From Octopus sinensis (Eukaryota), in the NCBI RefSeq assembly GCF_006345805.1, contig NC_043006.1:93806001-93870000 (forward strand): DNA of 64,000 nt, given 5' to 3'. Numbering within the stretch: the first letter of the stretch is position 1; each line of letters opens with the position of its first letter. The position numbers and the translations under genes were made by a program. Shown in pieces: positions 49,464 to 61,339 of the stretch. The notes under the pieces were generated by a model that saw only the letters and a program-made list of their open reading frames with translations, did no database searches and had not been told where the DNA came from.

Positions 49464-49571
49464 GTTTCCGTGGTAACAGATAATAAACTGACCAATCAGG
49501 TGTATATGAATCGATATGCTCTCAGCACAATCCCCATAGAAAGAAACCGGAAGCGGAAGCCATACCGGAAT
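49464..49571. promoter_or_regulatory. Candidate promoter: RFX X-box, CCAAT box and tandem ETS sites
   Basis: GTTTCCGTGGTAAC at 49464-77, GACCAATCAG at 49490-99, CCGGAAGCGGAAG at 49547-59, CCGGAAT at 49565-71. Confidence 0.45.
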
Positions 49572-49714
49572 TGTCATTGAGTGTTTGGTGTGCAGTATAC
49601 AACACAATAGAATTTATACTAACAGTGCCACTCATAAATACATACATACCTCTGAGCACACACACACACACACACACACACCCAACACACATATATACAT
49701 ATATACATACATAC

Positions 49715-49805
<91 letters not shown>

Positions 49806-50032
49806 GATGTCCATATACACAACGTACAAACATTGTAAAGATGTGTATGCGTACGCGTGTGTATGTGCGTGCATCGTCTCTCTAATACATCGATATAATA
49901 CAAGATTGTCACACACACACACACACACACGCTATATATATATAGTTGAATGTCTCTTCATAGGGACATGTTTGTGTATGACTGCATCTTTGCTCGTAAT
50001 CCAACTCGAGATAATTTTCTTCCTCAAAATAG

Positions 50033-50134
50033 GGAGACAACGAATATCTAAACTCGATTTTGGATCTAGAATCCTTTTTTCTCAACGTCCTCCGACTCAA
50101 AGACGACATAACTATACTACGCTCTTCTTTTATG
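50033..50134 (+). other. Probable 5' UTR exon of the TMIE-like gene, ending in the start ATG (50132-50134)
   Basis: Acceptor ttttcttcctcaaaatag, donor ATG|GTAAGT, a single ATG at the exon end, phase 0 into 57345; the frame is also open throughout, so it could be fully coding. Confidence 0.5.
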
Positions 50135-50182
50135 GTAAGTATTCATATTTCTTTCATATACATACATACATACGCACGTACG

Positions 50183-50267
<85 letters not shown>

Positions 50268-50867
50268 CACTTCACTGTGTCTCTTTCACTTTTTTCGCCC
50301 CTCCTTAATTCTTCTATCCCTCTACCTCTACCTCTCTCCCCACGTGACCGGTGTTCGGCAGGCTTGACCTTTCTTTCTTGGTTCGACTACCATCCGTTCA
50401 GACATCTATATTCCTCCCTGTGCCTGTGAAATCTTATGCCCCTGTCGTAAGGATTTACTTCCACACACCAGCTAAATTTAATGCGTCGTTAGTCGAAAGA
50501 CACCAGTTGTTATGTCCTGTTAATTGCATTTGCATTTGTGTAGCATTTCTCTGTATTTCTTTTCGTCTTTGTTTTCGTATACATTCGCTGCTTTCTTCAA
50601 ATGAATATAGTGCTGTTAGCTTAGTTTTCTCTTGGTGTTGACTAGATTGGATCAATTTCGAGTATAACTAGCCGAAATTGCAAAGATAATCTGGAGCTCG
50701 ACTGAGGGAAGAAAACTCCGAATGACCCGTACATGTTTTCTTTGTATCACGTATCTGGATGCTTTGCGTTCTTGTCCCATTTATGTATTTTATATATATA
50801 AAATGTAGCGGTGTACGTGCACCTTACTCTCTCTCTCTCCCTCACTCTCTCTTTCTCTCTCTCTCTC

Positions 50868-50938
<71 letters not shown>

Positions 50939-51069
50939 ATATGAAGATAGATAGATACATACATACATTCATACATAAATACATACAAACATACATACAT
51001 ATATATATACATACATATATATATATGTGTGTGTGTATATATATATATATGTGTGTATATATATATACT

Positions 51070-51102
<33 letters not shown>

Positions 51103-51122
51103 TATATGTATATATATATACT

Positions 51123-51168
<46 letters not shown>

Positions 51169-51816
51169 TGCGTGAGAGAGACAGAGAGAAGAAGAAAGAA
51201 AGATAGATGTGGAGTCTTGTTTTCTGTTTTGATTAATGCATGCAGACACGCAGACCACACATACATCTTTTATTTTTTGTCTCATACATATGTCAGGCTT
51301 TATACTGCGGCCATGCTGGGGCACCACCTTGAAGAATATTAGTTAAAGGAATCGAACTTAGTACTTTATTTGTTTTTTATCATGTGTGTGTGTGCGTGTG
51401 TGTGTGTGCGTGTGTGTACGTGATTGTGTGTGTGTACGTGTGTGTGTGTGTGTGTACGTGCGTGTGTGTGTGTATGTGTGTGTGTGTGTGTGTGCGTGTG
51501 TGTTATTTTATTCTTTTACACTTTTACTTGTTTCAGTTATTTTGAGTGCGGCCATGCTGGTGCACATATACGACAGGCTTCTTTCAGCTTCTTTTACCAA
51601 ATCCTCCCACAAGGATTTGGACATCCCAAGTCTATAGTAGAAAATATTTGCCCAATGTGCCACGCATACGGACTGAACACGGAACCATATGGCTGGGAAA
51701 CAAACTTCTTATCATGTCTATCGGATCGTAGAGCTGTGTCTGTGTTTGTGCGCACCTCTGTATTCGCGTACCTGTGGTTTTGTGGCCATACATACATACA
51801 TACATACATACATACA

Positions 51817-51850
<34 letters not shown>

Positions 51851-51959
51851 CATACTATATACATACATACATACATACATACACACATACATACATACAT
51901 ACATACATACATACATACACGCACTCACACACGAACATTTATATTTTGATTTCAAATTT

Positions 51960-52152
51960 TGACACAAGGCCAGTAGTTTAAATGAGGAGGATGTTCGATG
52001 ACATCGACATCAGTACACAACTGGTACTTACTTTATCGACTCCGAAAGGGTGAAAATCGAAGTCGACCTCGGCGGAATTTGAACTCAGAACGTAAAGAAG
52101 GACGAAATGCCGATAAGCATTCTGTCTGGTGTGTGAGCCATTCTGCCACATC
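51960..52152 (-). mobile_element. SINE family A
   Basis: Meta-like core; inverted relative to 52224. Confidence 0.75.
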
Positions 52153-52223
52153 GCTGACCCACGTACAGGTGCGCTTGCGTCTGTATTTATATATTAGTAG
52201 TTAGAATATTTTGTTTGTAATAA

Positions 52224-52580
52224 GGCGGCGAGCTGGCAGAAACGTTAACACGCCGCGCGAAATGCTCAGCGGTATTTCGTCTGCCGCTACGTTCTGAGTT
52301 CAAATTCCGCCGAGGTCGACTTTGCCTTTCATCCTTTCGGGGTCGATTAAATAAGTACCAGTTACGCATTGGGGTCGATGTAATCGATTTAATCCGTGTG
52401 TCTATCCTTGCTTGTCCTCTCTGTGTTTAGCTCCTTGTGTGTAGTAAAGAAATAGGTTTTTCGTCTGCCGCTACGTTCTGAGTTCAAATTCCACCGAGGT
52501 CGACTTTGCTGTCATCCTTTCGTGATTGATAAATTAAGTACCAGTTACGTACTAGGGTCGATGTAATCAACTGCACCCCT
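52224..52580 (+). mobile_element. SINE family A full copy plus tandem partial copy
   Basis: Head at 52224, tail near 52456, body repeated from about 52458. Confidence 0.85.
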
Positions 52581-52724
52581 GTAATGTCAGAGACTTTAGA
52601 GCAATGTGACATTTGATTGCGTACGTATTCGTTCTAAGTTCGAATCCCGCTGCGATCGACTTTACCTTTCATGCTTTTCTTGTGTAGAAAAAAATAAGCT
52701 GTTTGTATACATAAATACATATAT

Positions 52725-52859
52725 TTTGCTTCCCAACCACATGGTTCCGGGTTCAGTGCCACTGCGTGGCACATTGGGCAAGTGTCTTCTACTGTAGCTT
52801 CGGGCCAACTAAGGCCTTATGAGTGAATTTTGTTGACGGAAAATGAAAGAAGCTCGTCG

Positions 52860-52924
<65 letters not shown>

Positions 52925-53165
52925 TGTGTGTGTGTGTGTATGCATGTGCGTACGTGCGTGTGTGTGTGTATGTTTCTGTGTTTGTCTCCCACCATCACTT
53001 GACAACTGATGTTGGTGTGTTTACGTCCCCGCAGCTTAGTGGTTCGGTAAAAGAACCGATAGAATAAGTACTAGGCTTACAAGGAATAAATCCAGGGGTC
53101 GATTTGTTCGACTAAAGGCGGTGCTCCAGCATGGCCGTAGTCAAATGGCTGAAACAAGTAAGAAA
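52725..53165 (+). mobile_element. tRNA-derived SINE, family B
   Basis: Family match. Confidence 0.85.
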
Positions 53166-53200
53166 ATGAAATAATATATATATATATAAATACATACATA

Positions 53201-54427
53201 CAGAGTGTTCCCCAAAATGTATACACACTTTAAATAATTATAAAGTAGGTGTTTATTAAAATACATTTCATTTTCAAGATTTAATAGAATTTAAAGACAT
53301 CATTTTATTGTTTTGTCAACGCCTGTTTTCAAAGTGATGTGCGTTCTGGTCTACGCACTGCTGACAACGAGAAGCAATGGAATCGCAAACATCACGAACC
53401 AATTCGTTTGGTTTTTATGTGCATTCTCGTTCAATGATTGCTCTCAAATCAGCGACTGTTGCAGATTTCATAGCGTAGACTTTGTCTTTTAGGTATCCCC
53501 ATAATAAAAAAGTCTAGTGGTGTGAGGTCTCGTGAACGCAGAGGGTATTCAACGAAACCCCTTCGTCCAATCCACCAGTTTGGCAGGATCTCATTAAGGA
53601 ATGATCTAGCATAGCGATGGTAGTGTGGGGGTGCCCCATCTTGCTGAAAATAAAACTCCTCATTTTCAAAGTCTTCTCTAATGCTTGGCATGACAGACTG
53701 TTGCAGCAAGTTCAAGTAAATGGGACCAGTCAGAGTAGCGTCAAAAAAGAATGGTCCAATTAATCCTTTTGATGAGAAGCCACACCACACTGTAACTCCT
53801 GGTAAATTAACATGGTGGGCCACCATAACATACGGATTCTCAGGTTCCCAGTAGGTGCAATTGTAGCAGTCAATTGAACCATTTAATTTGAATGTGGAAA
53901 GTGTGCATCTTCTGCACATCGTGCCGAGTACCACTTGCAATACTGTACTCTTCGATCTGGATCATTGTTACTAATAGCATGGACTAATCTTGGAAAGTAA
54001 CGTCTCCTTTGACAACGCTTCAAAATGCGTTGGACACGCGATTTTGATACACCTACCTCACGACTCGCTTGCTGCACAGATTTTTTGGGACTTTGGTGAT
54101 TCATTTCAAGTACTCCTTCTTGCTTTGTGGGGGTTGTCGATGTTCGTGGTATTCTTGAATTCTGAAGAGTTCCGTCGGCTTCAAACTTATCTCTAATTCG
54201 ACTGATGGCAAGTCGCGTTGGTGGATCTGTTTGAAACTCCCTCCTAAACTGTCTTTGCATTTCAACTGCCTTTTTACACTTTCAGTAGCATTTTAGGATG
54301 AATTTCCTTTGTTCAAAGCTTAGTCTGACTACCATCATTAATTCTAATGGGTTTCATCTGGAAAGAAAAAAAACATCAGTTGAGTTATCAGCTGCTAAAG
54401 TTGTATACATTTTTGGGGGACACCCTG
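53201..54427 (-). mobile_element. Full-length rosa (DD41D) Tc1/mariner transposon, frameshifted
   Basis: TIRs CAG(A/G)GTGT(T/C)CCCC..AAATGTATAC flanked by TA; QQDGAPPH...WIGRRG..LTPLDFF with 41 residues between the last two Asp. Confidence 0.9.
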
Positions 54428-54458
<31 letters not shown>

Positions 54459-54889
54459 GTTCTTGTGCATAGGTGTGTGAGGGCGTGTGTGTGTGTGTGT
54501 ATGTGTGTGTGTGTGTGTGTGCGCGCGTGTGAGCGTATATATAATTTCTTTCAACTCAAACTTTCAGTGATATTCCACAAGAGAGAAGCAAAAAAGAAAG
54601 ATAGAAGCATAAAAAAGAAAACGAAAGCAAAAACAACTGAAATAAACAATAAAAAAAAGAAAACGAGAAACATAAGAAAAAAGAAGATTATAAAACCCGA
54701 ACCCTAAAGTGAAGCGGAAGAATTAATTCATGGAATTTTCCAGAATTCTTGAATTGGTCCCAATGATTTCATATGTTAGCCTTCAGTTTGTCTGGAACGT
54801 GGAGTCCACAGAGAAGCAGGTAAATACCATATTTCTAATAACTCTATAGTCTTGATAGTTGTTTTTCTTCTTACAATTGTTGTCAAAAG

Positions 54890-55110
54890 ATGGCAAGCTG
54901 GCAGAATCGTTAGCACGCTGGACGAAATACTGCTTAGTATTTCGTCTGCCGCTACGTTCTGAGTTTCAATTCTGTCGTGGTCGACTTTGTTTTTCATCTT
55001 TTCGGGGTCGATAAATTAAGTACCACTGAAACACTGGGGTTGATGTAATCGGCTTAACCCCCCCCCCAAACACACACACAAATTTCAGGCCTTGTGCCTT
55101 TAGTAAAAAG
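54890..55110 (+). mobile_element. SINE family A
   Basis: Family match. Confidence 0.75.
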
Positions 55111-55295
55111 GATTATTGTTGTTATGAATATGCGTGGAATAGTGGTTAGTGTACTTGCCCCACGATCGTAATATCGTGAGTTGAGTTTCACCGTTTTGTC
55201 CACAGATTCTGCACTTATCACTTTCTGCTGTTTTGTTTTTTTATTTATTATTATTATTATCATTATTAATATTTCTGTTGTTGTTGTTATCATTA

Positions 55296-56892
55296 TTGTT
55301 TTATGTTTGACTTTTGCTTTACATTTGTGCAAGTTGGCTCCATGTGTCACCTAGAGACCTCAAGAGACAACAAGTTACAAGTTCATGTCTAGGGTGCCAT
55401 ATATTTGGTTTTGTACATAGTTTTTCTAGAGAATGTTTAAGAATTATTATTATTATTGTTGTTGTTTTATTGTCTTTGCACAGCTTCTAACACTGGAGAC
55501 GTGCTAGAGTGTCAGCTGTTCACTACCAGTGAACTAAGGTAACACCCCTAAATTTTCGAGCACCATCCGGAGTATTCCAGCAGTTCCAAGCAGTACTCTT
55601 TTCTGCAAATGCTCCACCCTTATTGCAACCCCTATTTGTTTCATGTACTTCTCAAGATTTTTACTCACTGTTCCCAGGGCTCCGACAATTATTGGTACTA
55701 CTGCCACCTTTTTCATCGACCACAACTGCTTAACCTCCCAAGCTAACCCGTTATATCCATCGACTTTTCTTTCTTCTTTATCGCATACCATATTATCAGC
55801 TGGGCATGCTATATCTATGATCCAGCATAGATTATTATTATTATTATTATTCTATGTTTGACTTTTGCTTTACGTCTGTACAAGTTGGCTCCAAGTCTCA
55901 CCCAGAGACCTCAAGAGACAACAGGTTGGAAGTTCATGTTGTTGTTATGCCTAGTGTGCCATATATTTGGTTTTGTATTTAGTGTTGTACTAGTGAATGT
56001 CTAAAAAAAAAGAATTATGTTTGTTTTAAAACTTAAGATGACATAGAAAGTATTTTGCGTAGGATATGAGCAGTTCCCATGAGCACTATCTTTTGAATTT
56101 CTGCCATTTTGGGCTTTCCTGGTTAGCAATCAGCCCCTTTTGATATCATTCCCAGGGCACCTATGACAACAGGTATTGTTTTAGTCTTCAGGTTCCACAT
56201 TTTGCTGATTTCTATTTCAAGATCTTTATATTTGCTCAGTTTTTGGTAGGTCTTGACAGATACGTTTATATCGATTGAGACAGTCATATCAATGAGGAGG
56301 CATGTTCTTTGCCTGAAGTCATTCAATATGATGTCTGGCCTATTTGCATCTATCTTTCTGTCAGTTTGAACGGTGAAGTTCCAGAGGAGTGAGATGTGGT
56401 CATTTTCAAGCACTGGAGGTGGTTTGTGTTCCCACCAGTTTTTTTCATGGGGCAAATCCAGGTTTTTACAAATTACCCAGTGAATATATTGTGCAGCTCT
56501 ATCATGCCTGTTGAGATACTCTGTAGGCGCTAGAAGACTGCACTTGGAGACAACATGATCAATATATTATTATTTATTTTTTTTTTTTATATTATTACAC
56601 AGGTTTTTTGTAGCTCCTGGAGCCTTGCATGCGTGGAGGGCTAACTACCTGCAGTCTACGGTACCATGCTTTCCATTCTTTTTAGCTAATACTTTCCTGA
56701 TTATTCTAGCCGTGCCAAGAAGGCAAACCTTTTGTAAGAGTTCAACTGGACATTCTATTCCAATTTCCTTTATATTGCCCATGGATGCCTTCTGACACTG
56801 TCCCCAAGGACCCAACAATAATTGGTACTATCTTCACCTATTTCATTTTCCATAGCCGGGCTATTTCGGACTTAAGATGATGGTATCTATCT
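55296..56892 (-). mobile_element. Cluster of four truncated RLE non-LTR retrotransposon (R4/Dong-like) 3' fragments separated by (ATT)n
   Basis: RHDRAAQYIHW..WWEHKPPPVLEN..NRPDII..IDM..KYKDL..IPVVIGALG; a second and third RLE tail (VPIIVGALG/VPIIVGSLG); a duplicated 3' UTR at 55296-55441 and 55852-56010. Confidence 0.85.
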
Positions 56893-56895
56893 TTT

Positions 56896-57269
56896 ATTAC
56901 CCCCGCCTTAGAGGAGGCGGAGGTATTGTTTTCAATCATTTGTTTGTTTGTTTGTGTGTAGACAAGAAATCTCAAGAACCGCTGGATGGATTCCGATGAA
57001 ACTTTCAGGGATGTTTGGACTCGTGACTAGCACGAACTGATTAGATTTTGGGACCGATTCCAGTACCAGACAAGGATTCTGGAATAATTTTCTGTTTTTT
57101 TTTAATTAATTTTTGAGAGCGGTCGGGTTCATTTTTAGTATTCACGTTTGTGAGAGTAGTCGAGTTTATTTCAGATATTCTCATTTTATAAATCATCTCC
57201 GGTTAATCGTTGAGAGGACATTGGTGTTACCTTGGCAAAAGTTTGTACCCTCTGAATGCTCTTTTTGTT
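56896..57269 (+). mobile_element. Non-autonomous Helentron/DINE-like element
   Basis: TTACCCCCGCC..GGAGGTATTGTTTT start, (GTTT)n, GATTCCGATGAAACTTT core, CTTGGC..TCTGAATGCTC end. Confidence 0.55.
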
Positions 57270-57344
57270 ATTATTATCATTATTCACCTCCACTTCGCTT
57301 TTAACTATTTTACTCCTTTCTAAATATTACTTTGTTATTTCTAG

Positions 57345-57483
57345 TCCCCCGATGCTGACACAACCCGATCGACGACAGTTCCACCCACAACAGAATTTTC
57401 GATCGAGTCGGTGGTCATACCAGAAGCGGGCCTCAGAATCTGGCATATTGCGGCATTAGCCATTCTGTTAATCTTGATCGTCA
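57345..57483 (+). CDS. TMIE: Coding exon of a TMIE-like (transmembrane inner ear) single-pass protein: SPDADTTRSTTVPPTTEFSIESVVIPEAGLRIWHIAALAILLILIV
   Basis: Strong acceptor ttactttgttatttctag and consensus donor GTCA|GTAAGT; ESVV..LRIWH plus a hydrophobic helix resembles vertebrate ETVVFWDMRLWHVVG (recalled); the phase-1 intron 14 codons after the Trp matches the recalled human intron position. The downstream exon was not found in the window. Confidence 0.65.
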
Positions 57484-57827
57484 GTAAGTAAGCATAGAAA
57501 CTTCCATAGAATGTTTGTTGTTGTTGTTTAACGTGGGGTCGGTTCTGATGGAGCAGGCTGAGGACGAACTGGGACCAGTCAGTCTTTTTAAATGTGCTTA
57601 GTCTTATACTTTTTATATGTTTCTGCCATTGGACTGCGGCCAAACTGGGGCACCGCACTCAAGCGTTTTATTCAAACAAATCGCCCCCAGTGTTTACGCT
57701 GGATTATTTTTTATTCTCGTACTTATTCTATTAGTCTCTTTTGTCGAACCGCTTTATTACACGGACGTAAGCAAACTAACACTAGTCGTCAATTGGTGAG
57801 ATAAATGGGTGGTAATGGTGGTGGGAA

Positions 57828-57878
<51 letters not shown>

Positions 57879-58289
57879 ATAAGAGTAAATAATTTCTTTA
57901 ATGGTTTTAAAAAACCAACAATTATTTACTGGTAGATTTCGGCATGTAAATATAACCATTAACGGTAGGAACTTCTGTGAAGTTCAGTGTATATATATTG
58001 TATATATATAAAAGGGACAAGCAACTGTTTTCGTTATTTATTCCTTCTGTTTTGCATATGTGAATTGCAGGGATATGTCGTATGTGGAGTCCCACTTGTA
58101 GAGAATAGAAATAAACAGTCTATGGCTGCCATTTCTAATTTTTTCGGTATGCGGCCAAGCAACCTGTTGCCTGCCCCTTTTATTTATTTATTATATATAT
58201 ATATATATATTCTCTCTAGTTTCAGCTCAGAGCTGCGGCCATGCTGGTGCACCACCGTTTTGTGCTACACTGTCATTACTAAGAGCCTC

Positions 58290-58465
58290 CTCTAATATGG
58301 CACTTGGTGGTTCATGGAGTTTGATATAGCTACCCTCATTTGCACCTCTTGCCGTGAGGTAGGTTCATCTGGGACTCTCGACAGGAAGAGGTCCAGCTTT
58401 GATTTAAAAACCCTTACATCTACTTTGTGCAAGTTCCCCAGACTCTTTGGGAGAATATTAAAATA
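58290..58465 (-). mobile_element. CR1/L2-group LINE 3' terminal fragment
   Basis: NILPKSLGNLHKVDVRVFKSKLDLFLSRVPDEPT. Confidence 0.75.
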
Positions 58466-59018
58466 TATTAAATATATATATACATAGATATATATAATAC
58501 ACACACTAACACACACACACGCACGCACACATATTAAGCAAAGACCGGAATATGTGGTAGCATCTTAATTCAGTTTTACATATGTTTAATTACAATATGG
58601 GAATTACATTTCTTCTGAATATAATCATCAATAATAACAAGAATATAAATATAACAAAATACATTTATAAACACATGGAACATCTCCCAGCTATAAATCT
58701 CCGGACATTCACTCAAAATGACATTTACAATAATATTATACGGCTGACCATTAAGAACATTGGGCACACAGACAAAATAACACTTTAGACTTGTAGGTCC
58801 GCTGGTGACTAATAAACTCAGATCTTGATGGACATACACACACGCACATACTGTACACGAAACTTTGCCTATTTTTTACACTAGCGATGTGTTTTCGAGC
58901 AGTTCACTTAAATTCTGCATGAAAAATGCGTTTTTACGGGGATAAAAATTATATATATATATATTCCCTAATAAATAAAATAATATATATATGTGTATGT
59001 ATGAATATACATACACAC

Positions 59019-59136
<118 letters not shown>

Positions 59137-59309
59137 TTATTTATTAGGGAATAAAAATTCCGGCGTCACAGGAATTCTCAAATAAGTTGAATTATTCTCG
59201 ATAAGGAAATACATGTCATTTAAAGATAGAAGTCCCCATGCAATTCATCAAATCCTAATATACATCACACCATATCATACAATTTTATTTTGATAGTTAC
59301 TATTTCAGT

Positions 59310-59578
59310 TCCAAATGCGTGGTACCTTGGGCAAGTATCTTCTACTATAGTCTCGGGCCGACCAAAGCCTTGCGAGTGGATTTGGTAGACAGAAACTGAA
59401 AGAAGCCTGTCGTATGTATGTATGTGTGTGTATGTGTGTGTGTGTTTGTCCCCCCCAACATTGCATGACACTCGATGCTGGTGTGTTTACGTCCCCGTAA
59501 CTTAGCGGTTCGTCAAAACAAACCGATAAAATAAGTAATGGGCTAACAAAGAATAAGACTTGGGGTCGATTTGTTCTA
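59310..59578 (+). mobile_element. tRNA-derived SINE, family B (truncated at both ends)
   Basis: Family match. Confidence 0.8.
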
Positions 59579-59579
59579 C

Positions 59580-59992
59580 CGTTATGGTAGTTGTTGTTGT
59601 TGTTGGAGTGATGATAGTTGTGTCGGCCTATTTTGCTGTGGTGGTTGTTTTGCTGTCACTGGTTATTGCTGTAGCTGCTGTTGTTGTAGTAGTTGTTGTT
59701 GTTGTTGCTGTTGTTGTTGTTGTTGTTGTTGTTGCTGTTGTTGTTGTTGTTGTTGCTGTTGTTGTTGTTGTTGTTGTTGTGTTGTTGCTGTTGTGGCTAT
59801 TGTTGAGTTAGTTGTGATGAGTGATGGTGGTGGTGGTGGTGGTGGCGGCATCCTGTTTTGCTGTGGTGGCTGGGGTTCTCGTTGTATCTGCTGCTGTTGT
59901 TGCTGCTGGAGCATATTGTTGTTGTTGTTGTTGTTGTGGTGGTGGTGGTGTGGTGGTGGTCGTCGTCGTCGTCGTGGTGGTCGTGGTCGTGG

Positions 59993-60024
<32 letters not shown>

Positions 60025-60030
60025 GTGGGG
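59580..60030. repeat. Compound (GTT)/(GGT)/(GTC)/(GGC) triplet repeat region
   Basis: Direct reading; open for 147 codons on the - strand. Confidence 0.9.
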
Positions 60031-60119
60031 CTGGTGATGTTGACGGCGGCCTGTTTTCCTGCGGTATTTGCTTATGCCGTTCCTGTTTTGATATATCTAT
60101 TTTAGATTATCCATCCTGT

Positions 60120-60400
60120 TAATCCCACCAACGACACGAACAACGTTTCAACGATCCCCGAACCCGCCGCGCCCCACTCCCGTCCACCCCCGCCCTGTCT
60201 CGTTTCACCCTTATTCCACCCGTTACCTACAACAGCCAAGCACACACACGCGCACACACACACCGTCGCCTGCCGGCCGCCATCCTCCACCTTCCGGCTT
60301 ACAAATGCCAATATGACGAAACGGACCCTCGACAAATGACCTGACCCCTTCATTTATCAGACATTTTCGGTGAGGCGGGGTGGGGAATGGCTCGAGGGTA
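60120..60400 (-). promoter_or_regulatory. CpG-rich promoter-like island
   Basis: Locally GC/CpG rich; CCGGAAG (60291-97, -), YY1-like GATGGCGGC (60276-84, -), donor AG|GTAACG at 60227/60226 (-). Confidence 0.3.
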
Positions 60401-60463
60401 TTGACTGCAATATCACAGGGTAACTTTTCAAAGGGTTATTATTATTGTTGTATATAATAGTGG

Positions 60464-60506
<43 letters not shown>

Positions 60507-61339
60507 GGTGGTACGTTTGTGTTTTATACACTATGGTCCACTAACATTATTTCAACACTGTTACCATTATTTACAAAATCTGTGTGTTGACTCGTTCCTT
60601 ATACATATGTATCACGTGATCGCGTGATCCACCAGCCTACCTGAAGTTGTTATACATCGCTGGTTACAATGCGCTTTTACATTGTCTTTTTTTTAGCTTT
60701 CGAGTGATACCACCCCGCTGGCTAGGTGAGCATGACCTAGGTGAGCCTGATTGGAAAGCTATTCCATCCAGGGTGGTGACCCATTGACAGCTGAGTGGAC
60801 TGCAGCGACGTGAAATGAAGGATTTTGCTCAAGAACCCAAAGCGCCACCCGGTCCGGGAATCGAACTCATGGAATTGCGATCATTAGTGCAACACCCTGG
60901 CCACTAAGCTACGCACCTTCACACACAGGTGTCTGTGTGAGTGTGTATGTTTGTGCGCCTGTGTTTGTGAGTGTCTATGTATGCATGTATATATGTATGT
61001 ATATATGCATGATATGTATGTATGTCATTATTCAGTTTTATTTCAAGATTTCTTGCCAATAGAGAAAGAACCGGTTTCTAACCTAGATCCAAGGTTCCTT
61101 CATTGGAATTTCAACATCAACAACAGGATATGTATGTATGTATGTTTATAATCATATATAGCTTTCATATTGCCTGTCCCACTCCTTTAACTTTTTTATT
61201 TTACATGTATGTATATGTGTGTATGTATGTGTGCGTGTGTCACACACACGTGACACACTCACACACGCACGCGCGCAGAGAAAAATGTATGTATGTATAC
61301 CTATATCGTCTATATGAATGCATTTATATATATATATAT

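Noticed and set aside
58071-58146. Plus-strand exon candidate GYVVCGVPLV...
   Set aside because: Gives an early stop in the phase required after the TMIE-like exon
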